A DNA stretch of 64,000 nucleotides from Candidatus Geohabitans tengchongensis (GCA_031459625.1 JAVKIH010000003.1:88669-152668); one strand, 5' to 3'; positions 50,289 through 60,220 are shown, counted from the first letter of the stretch. Program-made: numbers and translations. The notes: a model not told the origin generated them from the sequence alone.

Positions 50289-50436
50289 GGTCCCTCCGCG
50301 CGCCAGCCAGCTAGAGACCTGCGGTTCGCTGACGTGCCCCGGCCGCGGTCCCCGCCTACTCTACCACCTGCCCCTTCCGGCCATCCACCGACCCAACTCG
50401 GCCACCCCATGGGCCGGGGGTCCCGTGAGCCGACCG

Positions 50437-50461
50437 TCACAACGGAGATATGTCGTTGTCA
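50437..50461. repeat. 25-bp palindrome, copy B
   Basis: TCACAACGGAGATATGTCGTTGTCA; 22/25 identical to the reverse complement of 29404-29428. Confidence 0.75.
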
Positions 50462-50530
50462 CGCCGAGCGGGGGGACAGAAGGGCTGCTCTCTTCTTTCC
50501 TGCGGCAGGGGGCCTGGGACCAGGCAGCCA

Positions 50531-52408
50531 TCAGGAGGAGGACGTCTCCGGTTCAGGTGCAGGACGGGCAGCCGTGCGGGCGGCGGCCTGCCGCGCCGTC
50601 AGCAGCCCGCACAGCGCCAGCCCCCCGAGCGAGGCCGCCCAGGAGGGATGGAAGAGCAGTGCGGCCCCCGCCACCAGGACCAGGCGCTCCAGTGGCCGGA
50701 GGGGGCGCAGGAGGAAACCCATGGCCCCGGCCGAGAGGAAGACCACCCCCACCGCCGCCGTGGTGACGTGCAGCAGGATGTCCAGGGGATCGCCGCGCAG
50801 CAGCAGGGTGGGGATGACGACGAAGCCAAACGGCACCAGGTAGCCGGAGAGCGTCATCTTCATCCCGGCGAGCCCCGTCTCCATCCAGTTGGAGCCGGCG
50901 ATGGCCGAGGCGGTGAAGAGCGCCATCCCCTCCGGCGGCGTGATGGTGGCCAGCACCGAGTAGTAGAAGATGAAGAGGTGCGCCGCCAGCGGCGGGATCC
51001 CCACCTGCTCCAGCGCGGGCGCGACCGTGGCGGCGGCGATGAGGTAGGAGGCGGTGGTAGGCAAGGCGAGGCCCAGCAGCAGCGTGGCCAGGACGACCAG
51101 GGCAAGCAGGACGAGGACGTTGCCACCGGCGGCCTGGACCGCCAGCGTCGAGAACTTCACGCCGATGCCGGTGAAGACAATCATGGAGAAGATCAGCGCC
51201 GAGGCGGCGGTACCCATCGCCGCCTCCAGCGTGCGCACGCCGCCGTCCGCCAGCGCACCGGCGAGGCCCCGCAGTCCCAGGCGTGTGGCCGGGTGGAGGG
51301 CGGCGACCAGCGCGGTCACCACCACGGCCACCGCCGCCGCCCGGGGCGCGTACCACCCCGTCAACACCAGGTAGACCAGCACGACGAGCGGCAGCAGCAG
51401 GTGACCGCGGCGGGCCAGGGCCTGGCGCACGGGCAGGAAGCCCTGGTCGAGTTCCGACCGGCTCAGGCCACGCAGCCCGAGCGCCCCGGCCACGAAGTAG
51501 ACGGAAGCGCCGACCCCCAGGTAGTAGAGCAGAGCGGGGAGGAGGGCCGCCGAGGCCACGTCAACGTAGCGCACCCGCAGCAGCTCGACGATGAGGAAGG
51601 CTGCGGCCCCCATCACCGGCGGCATGAGCTGGCCGCCGGCCGAGGAGGCCAGCTCGATACCGGCAGCTAGCGGCGGGGGGAAGCCGTAGCGCTTCATCAG
51701 CGGGATGGTGACGGCGCCGTCAATGGCCACGTTGGCCGGCGCCGAGCCGGAGACCATCCCGAAGCCCAGGCTGCCGAGCACCGAGACCTGCGCCGGGCCC
51801 CCGCGCACACGGCCAGCCACCCGCATCGCCAGCGTGCTCAGCAGGTCGGCGATCCCCGCCCGGGCGACGAACTCCCCCAGCACCACGAAGGTGATGATAT
51901 AGGTGGCCGCCACGCCCAGCGGCAGGCTCCACAGCCCGTCGGGCGTCAGGTAGAGGTAGCCCAGCACGTTGGCCAGGCTGAAGCCGGCGTGCCCCCAGTT
52001 GCCGGGGATGGCCCGCCCGAAGAGGGCATAGGCCACCATGAGGAGGACGAGGGCTGGCAGGACCCAGCCGATGAGCCGCCGGGTGGCCTCGAGCACCACC
52101 AGCACGAGCAGGGCCGCCAGCACAAGCTGCCCGCGCGTGGCGATCCCGGCCTGGTAGGCGATCCGTTCGTGGGCCAGGATGACGTAGCCCGTCCCCACGA
52201 CCGCGAGCAGCGCCAGTACCGTCTCCGCGGGGCGCAGCCGCCCCGCCCGCGCCATGGGCCCGAGGAAGACCAGCAGGAGGGCGAAGAGCAGGAAGAGCCC
52301 GCGCTGGACGAAGAGGTCCATCCCGCCCCGCCAGGCGGCGGCCAGGAAGACCAGGGCAAAGGCGAGCGCCGTCCCCCGGCAGGCGAGGGCGAGGAGACGG
52401 GACATCAT
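50531..52408 (-). CDS. TRAP transporter fused permease (4TM/12TM, TAXI-type)
   Basis: GGPAQ, GMVSGSAPANV, ASSAGGQLMPPVMGAAAF, LPTTASY, ITPP. Confidence 0.92.
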   Translation of the reverse strand: MMSRLLALACRGTALAFALVFLAAAWRGGMDLFVQRGLFLLFALLLVFLGPMARAGRLRPAETVLALLAVVGTGYVILAHERIAYQAGIATRGQLVLAALLVLVVLEATRRLIGWVLPALVLLMVAYALFGRAIPGNWGHAGFSLANVLGYLYLTPDGLWSLPLGVAATYIITFVVLGEFVARAGIADLLSTLAMRVAGRVRGGPAQVSVLGSLGFGMVSGSAPANVAIDGAVTIPLMKRYGFPPPLAAGIELASSAGGQLMPPVMGAAAFLIVELLRVRYVDVASAALLPALLYYLGVGASVYFVAGALGLRGLSRSELDQGFLPVRQALARRGHLLLPLVVLVYLVLTGWYAPRAAAVAVVVTALVAALHPATRLGLRGLAGALADGGVRTLEAAMGTAASALIFSMIVFTGIGVKFSTLAVQAAGGNVLVLLALVVLATLLLGLALPTTASYLIAAATVAPALEQVGIPPLAAHLFIFYYSVLATITPPEGMALFTASAIAGSNWMETGLAGMKMTLSGYLVPFGFVVIPTLLLRGDPLDILLHVTTAAVGVVFLSAGAMGFLLRPLRPLERLVLVAGAALLFHPSWAASLGGLALCGLLTARQAAARTAARPAPEPETSSS

Positions 52409-52497
52409 CGGCCCGCCCTCACGACGGCCCACGCCCGGGCAGTGGCGCGCGGGCCCGCACCGGTGCCCCGCGCCCGTGGGTGACCATCACCAGCCCC

Positions 52498-53526
52498 CTA
52501 CCGCGGCAGGCCGGCCGGCGGCTGCATGGAGGCCGGGACGCGCACCCCCACCTCGCGGTAGTAGCGCAGCGCGCCGGGGTGGAGCGGGTAGCCGGTCTCC
52601 AGCACCGTGCGCGGCGTGAGGCCCTCGGCCGGCTTGTAGATGCTCACCACCGTGGCGAAGTTGTCGAAGACCGCCTTGGTGATGCGGTAGACCAGGTCGG
52701 CCTCCAGGTCATGCCGCGCCGCCATCACCGCCCAGGGGGCCAGCACCCGCGCCCGGCCGGCGCCCCGGTAGGCCTCGCTGAAGTCGGCCTCCGCCACCGG
52801 GACCTGCGGCAGACGCTCCCGCACCAGCGCCACCTCCTCGTCGGTGAGGGACAGCACGCGCAACGGCTCGCGCAGTCCCACCTCGCCGTAGGGCGGCGCA
52901 ATCCCGCCGGCCACGACGGCGTCGATGTCTCCGCTCTGCAGCCCCGCCGCGGCCTCGCTGTGCGGGAAGTGGTAGAGGCGGGAGGGACGGATGCGCAGGA
53001 CCTCGAGCAGCCGCGTCCCCACCGCCTCGGCCAGGGAGCCGCGGGTGAGCACGTTGATACGTTTCCCGTTCAGGTCGGCGAAGCCACGGATGCCGCTGGC
53101 CTGCTTGGCGATGAAGTGGACGTAGAGCGGCGGATTGGTCGGGTACATCTGCAGCGGGAACTTCCGCGCGTCGGTGTACGGTGGCCGGCGCTCCAGCACC
53201 TGGAAGCCGTCCACCGTCACCACCACGGCGATGTCGCCCAGCCCCTGGGCCAGGCGTTGCGCGTTGGCGCCGTATCCCGGGGTCCCCTGCACCGTTGGCA
53301 CGGCCACCCCGCGCAGGTGGTCGAGGATCACCTGGTGGAGGCCGACCGCCTGCTGGTACCCGGCGCCGCCCACCACGCCGCCCAGGATGGTGAGGCGGAC
53401 CTGCGCCGCCGCCGGCCCGACGACCGCAAGCAGGAGCGTCAGGACGGCGGGGAGCACCGGGCCGCCCCAGCCCCGCGAGCGTGCGCCCCCGCTCACCTCA
53501 GCATACCGCCACCTGCCGTGCCTCAT
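52498..53526 (-). CDS. TAXI-family TRAP solute-binding protein
   Basis: Signal peptide, GGVVGGAGY, DLNGKRI, VYRITKAVF, PLHPGALRYY. Confidence 0.9.
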   Translation of the reverse strand: MRHGRWRYAEVSGGARSRGWGGPVLPAVLTLLLAVVGPAAAQVRLTILGGVVGGAGYQQAVGLHQVILDHLRGVAVPTVQGTPGYGANAQRLAQGLGDIAVVVTVDGFQVLERRPPYTDARKFPLQMYPTNPPLYVHFIAKQASGIRGFADLNGKRINVLTRGSLAEAVGTRLLEVLRIRPSRLYHFPHSEAAAGLQSGDIDAVVAGGIAPPYGEVGLREPLRVLSLTDEEVALVRERLPQVPVAEADFSEAYRGAGRARVLAPWAVMAARHDLEADLVYRITKAVFDNFATVVSIYKPAEGLTPRTVLETGYPLHPGALRYYREVGVRVPASMQPPAGLPR

Positions 53527-53549
53527 GCGCTCCCCCCTCTCCACACCGC

Positions 53550-54581
53550 TCATCCTGACCCCGCCCCGCGCGTCGCCATGGCCCGCGACGGAGGCGCGGT
53601 ACTCTCCCGGACGATCAGGCGCGGACGCAGCACCACACCGCGGCCCGCGCCACCATCTCGCAGCTGCAGCAGCAACTCCAGGGCGCGCCGCCCCAGCTCG
53701 TCCATCGGGATGTGCACCGAGGTGAGGGCCGGCACGGTCACCGCGGCCAGCGGGGTGTCGTCGAACCCCACGACCGACACGTCCCCCGGGACGCCCACGC
53801 CGCGTTCGTACAGCGCGCGGATGGCGCCCACTGCCGCCTGGTCGTTGGGGGCCACGAGGGCCGTCGGTGGCGGCCCCTGTGCCCACAGCCGCTCCACCCC
53901 GCGGCGGCCGCCCGCCGGGGTGAAGTCGGCCGGCACGACGTAGCGGGACGCCACGCGCACGCCGGCGTGGCGCAGCGCCCGGCGGTAGCCGGTGAGGCGG
54001 TCGCGTGCCGAGGTCGAGCCCGCCGGGCCGACCAGGCAGGCGATGCGCCGGTGCCCCAGCGCCAGGAGGTGGCGCGTGGCCAGGGCGCCCGCCGCGACGT
54101 TGTCCACGCGCACCGACGGCACCCGCGCCGGATGCCGCCCGATGGCCACGACCGGCAGCCGGCCCCCCAGCACGGTCAGGTCGGCCGGACCGAAGGCCCC
54201 GCCGGCTACGACCAGGCCGTCCACGCGCCGCTCCGCCAGCATCTGCAGGGCTGCGCGCTGCCGCTCCGGCCGACGGTCGGTGTTGCACAGGATGACGGCC
54301 AGCCCACGCTGCCAGGCCGCGTCCTCGATCCCGCGGAGGATGACGGCGTAGTACGGGTTGCTCACGTCGGGGACGAGCAGGCCCACGGCGCTCGTGGCCC
54401 GGCGGAGGAGGCTGCGCGCCACCATGTTGGGCAGGTAGCCCAGCCCGCGCGCCGCCTGCAGCACCCGTGCCCGCACCTCCGGCCGCACCGGGTGCGGCGT
54501 CCCGTTGAGCACGCGGGAAACCGTGGCCGGCGAGACCCCGGCGCGGGCGGCCACGTCGACGATGGTGGCGGGGCGGGTCAT
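53550..54581 (-). CDS. LacI family transcriptional regulator
   Basis: TIVDVAARAGVSPATVSRVLN, VSVVGFDD. Confidence 0.93.
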   Translation of the reverse strand: MTRPATIVDVAARAGVSPATVSRVLNGTPHPVRPEVRARVLQAARGLGYLPNMVARSLLRRATSAVGLLVPDVSNPYYAVILRGIEDAAWQRGLAVILCNTDRRPERQRAALQMLAERRVDGLVVAGGAFGPADLTVLGGRLPVVAIGRHPARVPSVRVDNVAAGALATRHLLALGHRRIACLVGPAGSTSARDRLTGYRRALRHAGVRVASRYVVPADFTPAGGRRGVERLWAQGPPPTALVAPNDQAAVGAIRALYERGVGVPGDVSVVGFDDTPLAAVTVPALTSVHIPMDELGRRALELLLQLRDGGAGRGVVLRPRLIVRESTAPPSRAMATRGAGSG

Positions 54582-54591
54582 CGCTGCGGGT

Positions 54592-55695
54592 CTAGACCGT
54601 GACGACCACCTTGATGGCGTCGTCCAGCCGCCGGGCCGCCGTCTCCAGCGCCTGCGGCAGCTGGTCGAGGGGGAAACGGTGGGTGATGAAAGGGCGTCCG
54701 GAGATCTTGCCCTGGGCCATGAGCGCCAGCCCCCGCCTGACCGCGCCGCGCCCCTCCCCGCGGATCCCGTAGAGGGTGATGTTGTGCCGCACCAGGTGAG
54801 CGGTGTCCACCGGGACGGGATCGCGGCTGAAGGCGGCCAGGCAGATGCGCCCGCCCCGCTTCGTGGCGTAGAGTGCCTCGTTCACAGCGTTGGGGGCGCC
54901 CGCGCACTCCAGCACCAGATCCACCCCCAGCCCGTCGGTGAGGCGCCGGACCTCCTGCACCACGTCGGCCTCGCGCACGTTGATCGTGTGGTCCGCCCCG
55001 AGCTCCCGTCCCAACCGCAGGCGGTTCTCCCGCGTGCCGGTGAGGATGACCTCGGCCCCGAGCGCCTTCCCGCAGGCCACGCCCATGAGCCCGATCGGCC
55101 CCGGCCCCGTGACCAGCAGCGTCTCCCCGGCGACCGGCCCGCCCAGCGTGTCCAGGCCGTACAGGGCCGTCCCGGCGGTGACGATGAGCGTCGCCTCGTC
55201 GAACGGGAGGTGGTCGGGCAGACGGAAGAGGGTGTTCACGCGGTTCACCGCGTACTCGGCGAAGCCGCCGTCGGTGGTGAAGCCGTTGGCGCGGTGGCCG
55301 CGGCCGCGGAAGGAGTAGTTCAGGCAGGCCGTGTACATGCCGTGGCGGCAGCGCTCGCACCGCCCGCACCCGGCGTGGACCTCGACGACCACCCGGTCGC
55401 CCACGCGGAACTCGTCGACGTCCGGCCCGAGCGCCGCCACCGTGCCCACGTACTCGTGCCCCAGCACGTGCCCCTTGTGGAAGGGGAGCTCCCCCTCGAT
55501 GAGGGCGGGGAGGCCGTGGTGGAGGATCTCCAGGTCGGTGGCGCAGACCGCCACAGCCGCCACCTTGACCAGCACCTCCGCAGGCCCCGGCCGCGGGACC
55601 GGCTTCGTCACCCGCTGCAGTTCCCCGGGACCTCCGAGGGCCCAGGCCGTCATCGTCTCGGGGATGCGCCCCACGTCAGCCGTCCGCGCCTGCAT
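54592..55695 (-). CDS. zinc-dependent alcohol/polyol dehydrogenase
   Basis: CATD, GHE, CGRCERC...C, GPGPIG. Confidence 0.9.
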   Translation of the reverse strand: MQARTADVGRIPETMTAWALGGPGELQRVTKPVPRPGPAEVLVKVAAVAVCATDLEILHHGLPALIEGELPFHKGHVLGHEYVGTVAALGPDVDEFRVGDRVVVEVHAGCGRCERCRHGMYTACLNYSFRGRGHRANGFTTDGGFAEYAVNRVNTLFRLPDHLPFDEATLIVTAGTALYGLDTLGGPVAGETLLVTGPGPIGLMGVACGKALGAEVILTGTRENRLRLGRELGADHTINVREADVVQEVRRLTDGLGVDLVLECAGAPNAVNEALYATKRGGRICLAAFSRDPVPVDTAHLVRHNITLYGIRGEGRGAVRRGLALMAQGKISGRPFITHRFPLDQLPQALETAARRLDDAIKVVVTV

Positions 55696-55727
55696 CGCCC
55701 GTCCCTCCCGCTCTCCCCCACCCGCGC

Positions 55728-56969
55728 TCACGTCGAGCTGGCAGCCGCTGATCCGCCGACCCGATGGCCCTCCAGGAAGTCGAGGAGGAGCCCGACGGCC
55801 GCGTCGGCGTAGCGCGGGTCGTTGAGGTCGGCGTCGAGCTCCACGTACCGCACGTCCTCCCCGCACGCCTCCCGGACGGCCCGCCGCAGGTGCTCGTTGG
55901 CGTCGGGATCGTGCAGGGCCCCACCCGGACTCCCCACTTCCGACCACCCCCGCAGCGGGTAGAGGAAGGCTGTGGGCCCGCGAGCCGCGTTCAGCCGCTC
56001 CGCCAGCAGCCCGCCGACGCGCGCCAGCTCCTCCCCCGTGGTCCGCACGTTGGTGTTGTACGGGTTGTGGCGGTGTGTGGGGCGCCCGCGGCAGCGCGCC
56101 GGGACCGTCTCTGGAGGCCCGAAAACGAAGTAATCCAGCCCACCGGGTCCCACGACCTGGGGGAGACCGGTGCGGCCGGCGGCCACCAGGCGCGGCCGGA
56201 GCGGCGCGTAGATGTCGTCCGCCCACACCTCGCCGAGCAGCTCGTGCGTCGTCAGGTCGAGGACACCGGCGAAGAGCCCGCGCTCGAGGAGGGTCTCCAT
56301 GGCGCTCCCGCCGCACCCGGAGGCGTGGAAGGGCACCGGCTCGTACCCGCGCCGGCGAAGCCAGTCCATGGCCCGCTCCACCGCGCGCTGGGTGTTGCCG
56401 AGCGCGGTGAGCGCCACCGCCGGGGCCCACTCCTCCAGCGGCGGCCGGCCGGGCGGGGCAGGGAGGATCATGCCGGCCATCATCCCCGCCGCCCGTTCGA
56501 GGAGCGGACGGGTCAGGCGGTTCGGCCCGCCCAGCAGGTCGGCCACCGCCGGCAGCACGGCGATGTCGCTGCTGCCGAGGTAAGGGCGCAGGTTGCCCGA
56601 GGCCACCGTGGAGACGAGGAGCTTGGGCAGGCCGAGGGGCAGGTCGCGCATGGCCATGGCACCCGCGGTCGTGCCCTGGTTGCCGCCCAGCCCGACGACA
56701 CCTGCCAGGTCCCCGGCCGCGTGCCAGGCCGCCAGCAGGCGCGCCGCCTCGCGCCCCACCACCGCCAGGGCCTCGTCCCGCCGCCCGGGCAGGCGCGCGG
56801 AGGCGGCGCGCACGACATCCACCTCACCGTCGTGGCGCGGCGTGGGGCGCAGCCCCACGTCCACCAGGCGCGGCACCAGGCCGCGCACCCGCAGGCGGTC
56901 GGCCAGGTAGCGGGCCTCCTCCCCCTTCGTGTCCAGCGTGGCCACGACGGCCACGACCGGCGCGCTCAC
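55728..56969 (-). CDS. Tm-1-like ATP-binding domain protein (UPF0261)
   Basis: ATLDTKGEE, LPLGLPKLLVST, FHASGCGG, DLTTHEL, HNP. Confidence 0.88.
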   Translation of the reverse strand: MSAPVVAVVATLDTKGEEARYLADRLRVRGLVPRLVDVGLRPTPRHDGEVDVVRAASARLPGRRDEALAVVGREAARLLAAWHAAGDLAGVVGLGGNQGTTAGAMAMRDLPLGLPKLLVSTVASGNLRPYLGSSDIAVLPAVADLLGGPNRLTRPLLERAAGMMAGMILPAPPGRPPLEEWAPAVALTALGNTQRAVERAMDWLRRRGYEPVPFHASGCGGSAMETLLERGLFAGVLDLTTHELLGEVWADDIYAPLRPRLVAAGRTGLPQVVGPGGLDYFVFGPPETVPARCRGRPTHRHNPYNTNVRTTGEELARVGGLLAERLNAARGPTAFLYPLRGWSEVGSPGGALHDPDANEHLRRAVREACGEDVRYVELDADLNDPRYADAAVGLLLDFLEGHRVGGSAAASST

Positions 56970-57598
56970 CGCTCCACCACCCACCGCCGCGCCGCGTCCG
57001 CCAGGAGGGCGGTGCGGGCGGCGTCCTCCAGGTACTGGGCCAGGTAGAAGGCGCTGCGCAGCGTGGGGCCCACCGTCACCGTGCCGTGCTCCGCCAGGAT
57101 GGCCGCGGTGATGGCCGGGTCGGCGAACGCACGCCCCACCGCGTCGGCCAGCTCCTGCGACCCCGAGGGCGCGGGCGGGACGAGCGCCAGCTTGCCCCCC
57201 AGAAACGCCCGCGCCGCTCCGGTAAGGAGCGGCGGCAGGGCGTGCACGGCGGCGAAGGCCACCGTGTGCGGCGGGTGGAGGTGGGCGATGGCCCCCACGT
57301 CGGGTCGCCGGCGGTAGATGGCCAGGTGGAAGTGGCGCTCCTTGCTGGGGGCGCGGTCGCTGGCCTCCAGGACGTGGCCCTCCAGGTCCAGCAGGAGGAC
57401 GTCCTCGACGGTCATGTCCCCCATGGCCAGCCCGGTGGCCTTGATGAGGATGCGGTCGGTGCCGGGGACGCGCACGCTCAGGTTGCCGCTGATGCCGGGG
57501 ACGAGGCCCATAGCGTAGGCGCGGTGCGCCACCGCCACCAGCTCCTCGCGCAGGCCGGCGACGGGGTCCACGGCCACGGGATCGGTCAGGGGCTCCAC
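56966..57598 (-). CDS. class II aldolase/adducin family protein
   Basis: SGNLS, PSKERHFH, HLHP, LAEHG. Confidence 0.88.
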   Translation of the reverse strand: MEPLTDPVAVDPVAGLREELVAVAHRAYAMGLVPGISGNLSVRVPGTDRILIKATGLAMGDMTVEDVLLLDLEGHVLEASDRAPSKERHFHLAIYRRRPDVGAIAHLHPPHTVAFAAVHALPPLLTGAARAFLGGKLALVPPAPSGSQELADAVGRAFADPAITAAILAEHGTVTVGPTLRSAFYLAQYLEDAARTALLADAARRWVVER

Positions 57599-57915
57599 GC
57601 CCGCTCGGGAAAGTCGCGCCGGGTGATCTCCACCGGGAAGGTGCGCACCTCCTGGACGAAGTCGGCGAGGTGGCGGGCCATGCGGCGGAAGATCTCCTGC
57701 CCTTTCTCCGCCGTGGCCCGAAAGGGGTTGCCGATGGTGGCGGTGTCCGAGTACTCGTGGTGCTCCATGGGCACCCAGATGTTCTCGGAGTCCTGGAAGA
57801 TCACCGTCCCCGTCCCGTCCTTCTTGCTGAAGGCCGGGCCCATCCAGCGCGGGGCGTGGGCCCGGTCGGCGACGGCCACGGCCATGTTCACCAGCGCCGG
57901 GTGGACGGCCATGAT
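57586..57915 (-). pseudogene. 3' fragment of a creatininase-family amidohydrolase
   Basis: MAVHPALVNM...IGNPFRATAEKG resembles the creatininase C-terminus; the 5' portion is absent. Confidence 0.65.
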
Positions 57916-58234
57916 GAACACGGAGACCTTCGACCAGGTCGCTGTGGAGCGAGCCCGGCTGGGCCGGGCGGCGGCCTTCCTCACCGAGGGGATGGTCCTG
58001 CCGGTGGAGTTTCACGAGGGCCGGCCGATCGGCGTGGTCTTCCCTGACATCGTCGAGGTGCGGGTGGTCGAGACCGCGGCCCCCGCCCACGGGGCGGGCC
58101 CCGACACCGTCTGGAAGGAGGCGAAGCTGGAGAACGGGCTCACTGTCCAGGTCCCGCCGTTCATCGCTGCCGGCGAGTGGATTCGCGTGGAGGTGGAGAC
58201 CGGGGCCTACGTCGAGCGGGCCAAGCGCAGGTAG
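57911..58234 (+). pseudogene. efp: 3' fragment of elongation factor P(-like)
   Basis: MNTETFDQV...FLTEG...KEAKLENGLTVQVPPFI..GEWIRVEVETGAYVERA; N-terminal KOW domain missing. Confidence 0.8.
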
Positions 58235-58433
58235 CCGCCTGGCGGTTCGGCTGCGCGGCCCGGCCCGGTCCGGCCTTGGTACCCTCCGCCATCGATGCCG
58301 CGGCGCGCGCCGGAGCTGTCGTCATTGCGTCATCCGGGGCCGCCAGTGCACGCGGGTGACTGCGGTGGGCTCGCTCATCGCGGCTCCCCTCTGCGTTGCC
58401 CAAGCTCGCACGCCGTAACCGCCAAGATGGCCT

Positions 58434-59669
58434 TCACGGCCGCGCTGGCGGGATGGGCGCCGGCGGCGCCCCCGCTCCAGGGGACAGGAGCGGCACTGTC
58501 CTGAAGAGCGCCCACAGCGTCAGGTCGTAGACGGCCTTCAGCCCGCCGGCCAGCACGAACGGGAGACCGCCCGCCGCCGCCTGCAGGGCGAGGCCGGAGA
58601 GCAGCGGGGCCACGCTCGCCGCTGTGGGGCGCACGGCGTTGGTGATCCCCGCCGCGGCGGTCCGCTCCTCCGGCGCCACGAGGGCCAGGGTGTAGGCCTG
58701 GCGCGTGGGCACGTCCATCTGCGAGAGGGCGTGACGGAGCAGCAGTACGCCCGCGGCGGCCGGCCAGGTGGGCATGAGCGGCACCAGGGCGAGGAGCACA
58801 TTGGAGGGAAGGTGGGTGAAGACCATCGTGTTCAGCAGCCCGATGCGCCGGCTCAGGCGGGCCGCGGCCAGGTAGGAGAGCGCGGAGAGGAGGTTCGTCC
58901 CGAAGAAGAGCGGGCCGAGCTCCGCCAGGTCCACGCCGAAGCGCTGGTGGAACCAGAAGGCCACCAGGCTCTGGACCACCAGCCCGCCGGCCAGCGCGTC
59001 CAGCCCGAAGAGCCCGGTGAGGCGCAGGACGATGCGGCGGGAGCGGCGCAGCCCTCCCCCACCCCCGCCGGCGACCGGCGCCTCCACCCGGTCCGAGAGG
59101 CGCCCGTACAGCGCGGCCAGCACGAGCCCCGTGGCGGCGAAGGCCCAGACCAGTCCCCGCTGGGCCCCGGCGTCCGGCACGCCGAGGAGGGCGAGGACAG
59201 ACGGGACGGCGCCCGCCGCCAGCGCGCCCAGGGCCACGGCCACCGTCCCCACCAGGTTGTACCAGGCGAAGAGCCCTACCTCAGGGGCCCCGCGGCTCAC
59301 CTCCGGGAGCGCCGCCTGCTCCAGGGGGAAGAAGGGGCCGACCTCGTAGCCGCTCGGGCTGATCGTCCCCGCCAGCGCCGCCAGCAGCAGCAGCCAGGGC
59401 GGCGCGCCCAGGGCGTAGACGGCCCCGCTCACTGCCATCAGCAGGGCGAAGCGGCGCAGGACCCCGCGGCGGCCCCACCGCCCGGCCAGGGTGCCGACCG
59501 CGCCCGTGGTGACCGCGCCCCCGAGCAGCGCCGCCGTGAAGAGTCCCCCCACCTGCGCCGGGGTGAGTCCGAGGTCGCTGAGGTAGAGGGCCAGGACGAC
59601 GGAGAGGAAGCCGTAGGCAAACATGCGCAGCGCCCGCGCGGCGAAGAGCAGACCGGCGTCGGACGTCAC
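58434..59669 (-). CDS. MFS transporter
   Basis: GRWGRR motif A, EVGPF..LEQA, SQMDVPTRQAY; GTGA coupling to the upstream gene. Confidence 0.88.
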   Translation of the reverse strand: MTSDAGLLFAARALRMFAYGFLSVVLALYLSDLGLTPAQVGGLFTAALLGGAVTTGAVGTLAGRWGRRGVLRRFALLMAVSGAVYALGAPPWLLLLAALAGTISPSGYEVGPFFPLEQAALPEVSRGAPEVGLFAWYNLVGTVAVALGALAAGAVPSVLALLGVPDAGAQRGLVWAFAATGLVLAALYGRLSDRVEAPVAGGGGGGLRRSRRIVLRLTGLFGLDALAGGLVVQSLVAFWFHQRFGVDLAELGPLFFGTNLLSALSYLAAARLSRRIGLLNTMVFTHLPSNVLLALVPLMPTWPAAAGVLLLRHALSQMDVPTRQAYTLALVAPEERTAAAGITNAVRPTAASVAPLLSGLALQAAAGGLPFVLAGGLKAVYDLTLWALFRTVPLLSPGAGAPPAPIPPARP

Positions 59670-60106
59670 CGTGCCGAGGCGACGCGTTTCTGACACCAGC
59701 GGTACAGGGCGTCGTACAGTGGCATCTCCAGCTGCAGCTTGGTCTGGTCGTCCGCCCCATGGAGGAGGGCGAAGCCGTGGGCGATGGCGCGGAGGCCAGG
59801 CGCTTCCGGCTCGATCGCCAGGTCCTGGGGGATGTCCGCCCCGTGCACGATGCGGCCGAGCAACTGCAAGGCCGGGTCGGTGAGCCCGTACCGCCGCAGG
59901 ATGGACTCAAAGCTGCACCGGCCCTCCACGTGCCCCAGCTCGACACCAGGCACGTCGAACGGCACGGCGCCTTCCCGGTGGGCTGTGGGCAGGACGGCTT
60001 CGTCCGGGACGAAGAGGAACTCCGCCTGCGGGTCGATGAAGCGGCGGATCAGCCAGGGACAGGCGATGCGGTCGACCTTGGCGTGCTGGCGTGTCACCCA
60101 GCGCAT
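59666..60106 (-). CDS. stand-alone ChrB C-terminal domain protein (ChrF-like)
   Basis: MRWVTRQHAKVDRIACPWLIRRFID, CSFE, IVHGAD, LYDALY. Confidence 0.88.
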   Translation of the reverse strand: MRWVTRQHAKVDRIACPWLIRRFIDPQAEFLFVPDEAVLPTAHREGAVPFDVPGVELGHVEGRCSFESILRRYGLTDPALQLLGRIVHGADIPQDLAIEPEAPGLRAIAHGFALLHGADDQTKLQLEMPLYDALYRWCQKRVASAR

Positions 60107-60131
60107 GGGGCACTCCTCCAGGAAGCATTGA

Positions 60132-60170
60132 TGCAACTTAGGTTGCAATTTCCTTGTAACAGATGATACA
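60132..60170. promoter_or_regulatory. tandem inverted repeats in the divergent chr promoter
   Basis: TGCAAC-TTAG-GTTGCA (60132-60147) and TGTAAC-AGAT-GATACA (60155-60170) in an AT-rich spacer. Confidence 0.6.
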
Positions 60171-60220
60171 AAATGACTGGTCCTGGATGACCGATCCCGT
60201 TTCCCCTGGCGAACCGCGCG

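Noticed and set aside
57086..58234. 382-aa novel EF-P fusion protein
   Set aside because: The upstream part is the antisense of the aldolase and creatininase genes; only the last ~107 aa are EF-P-like.
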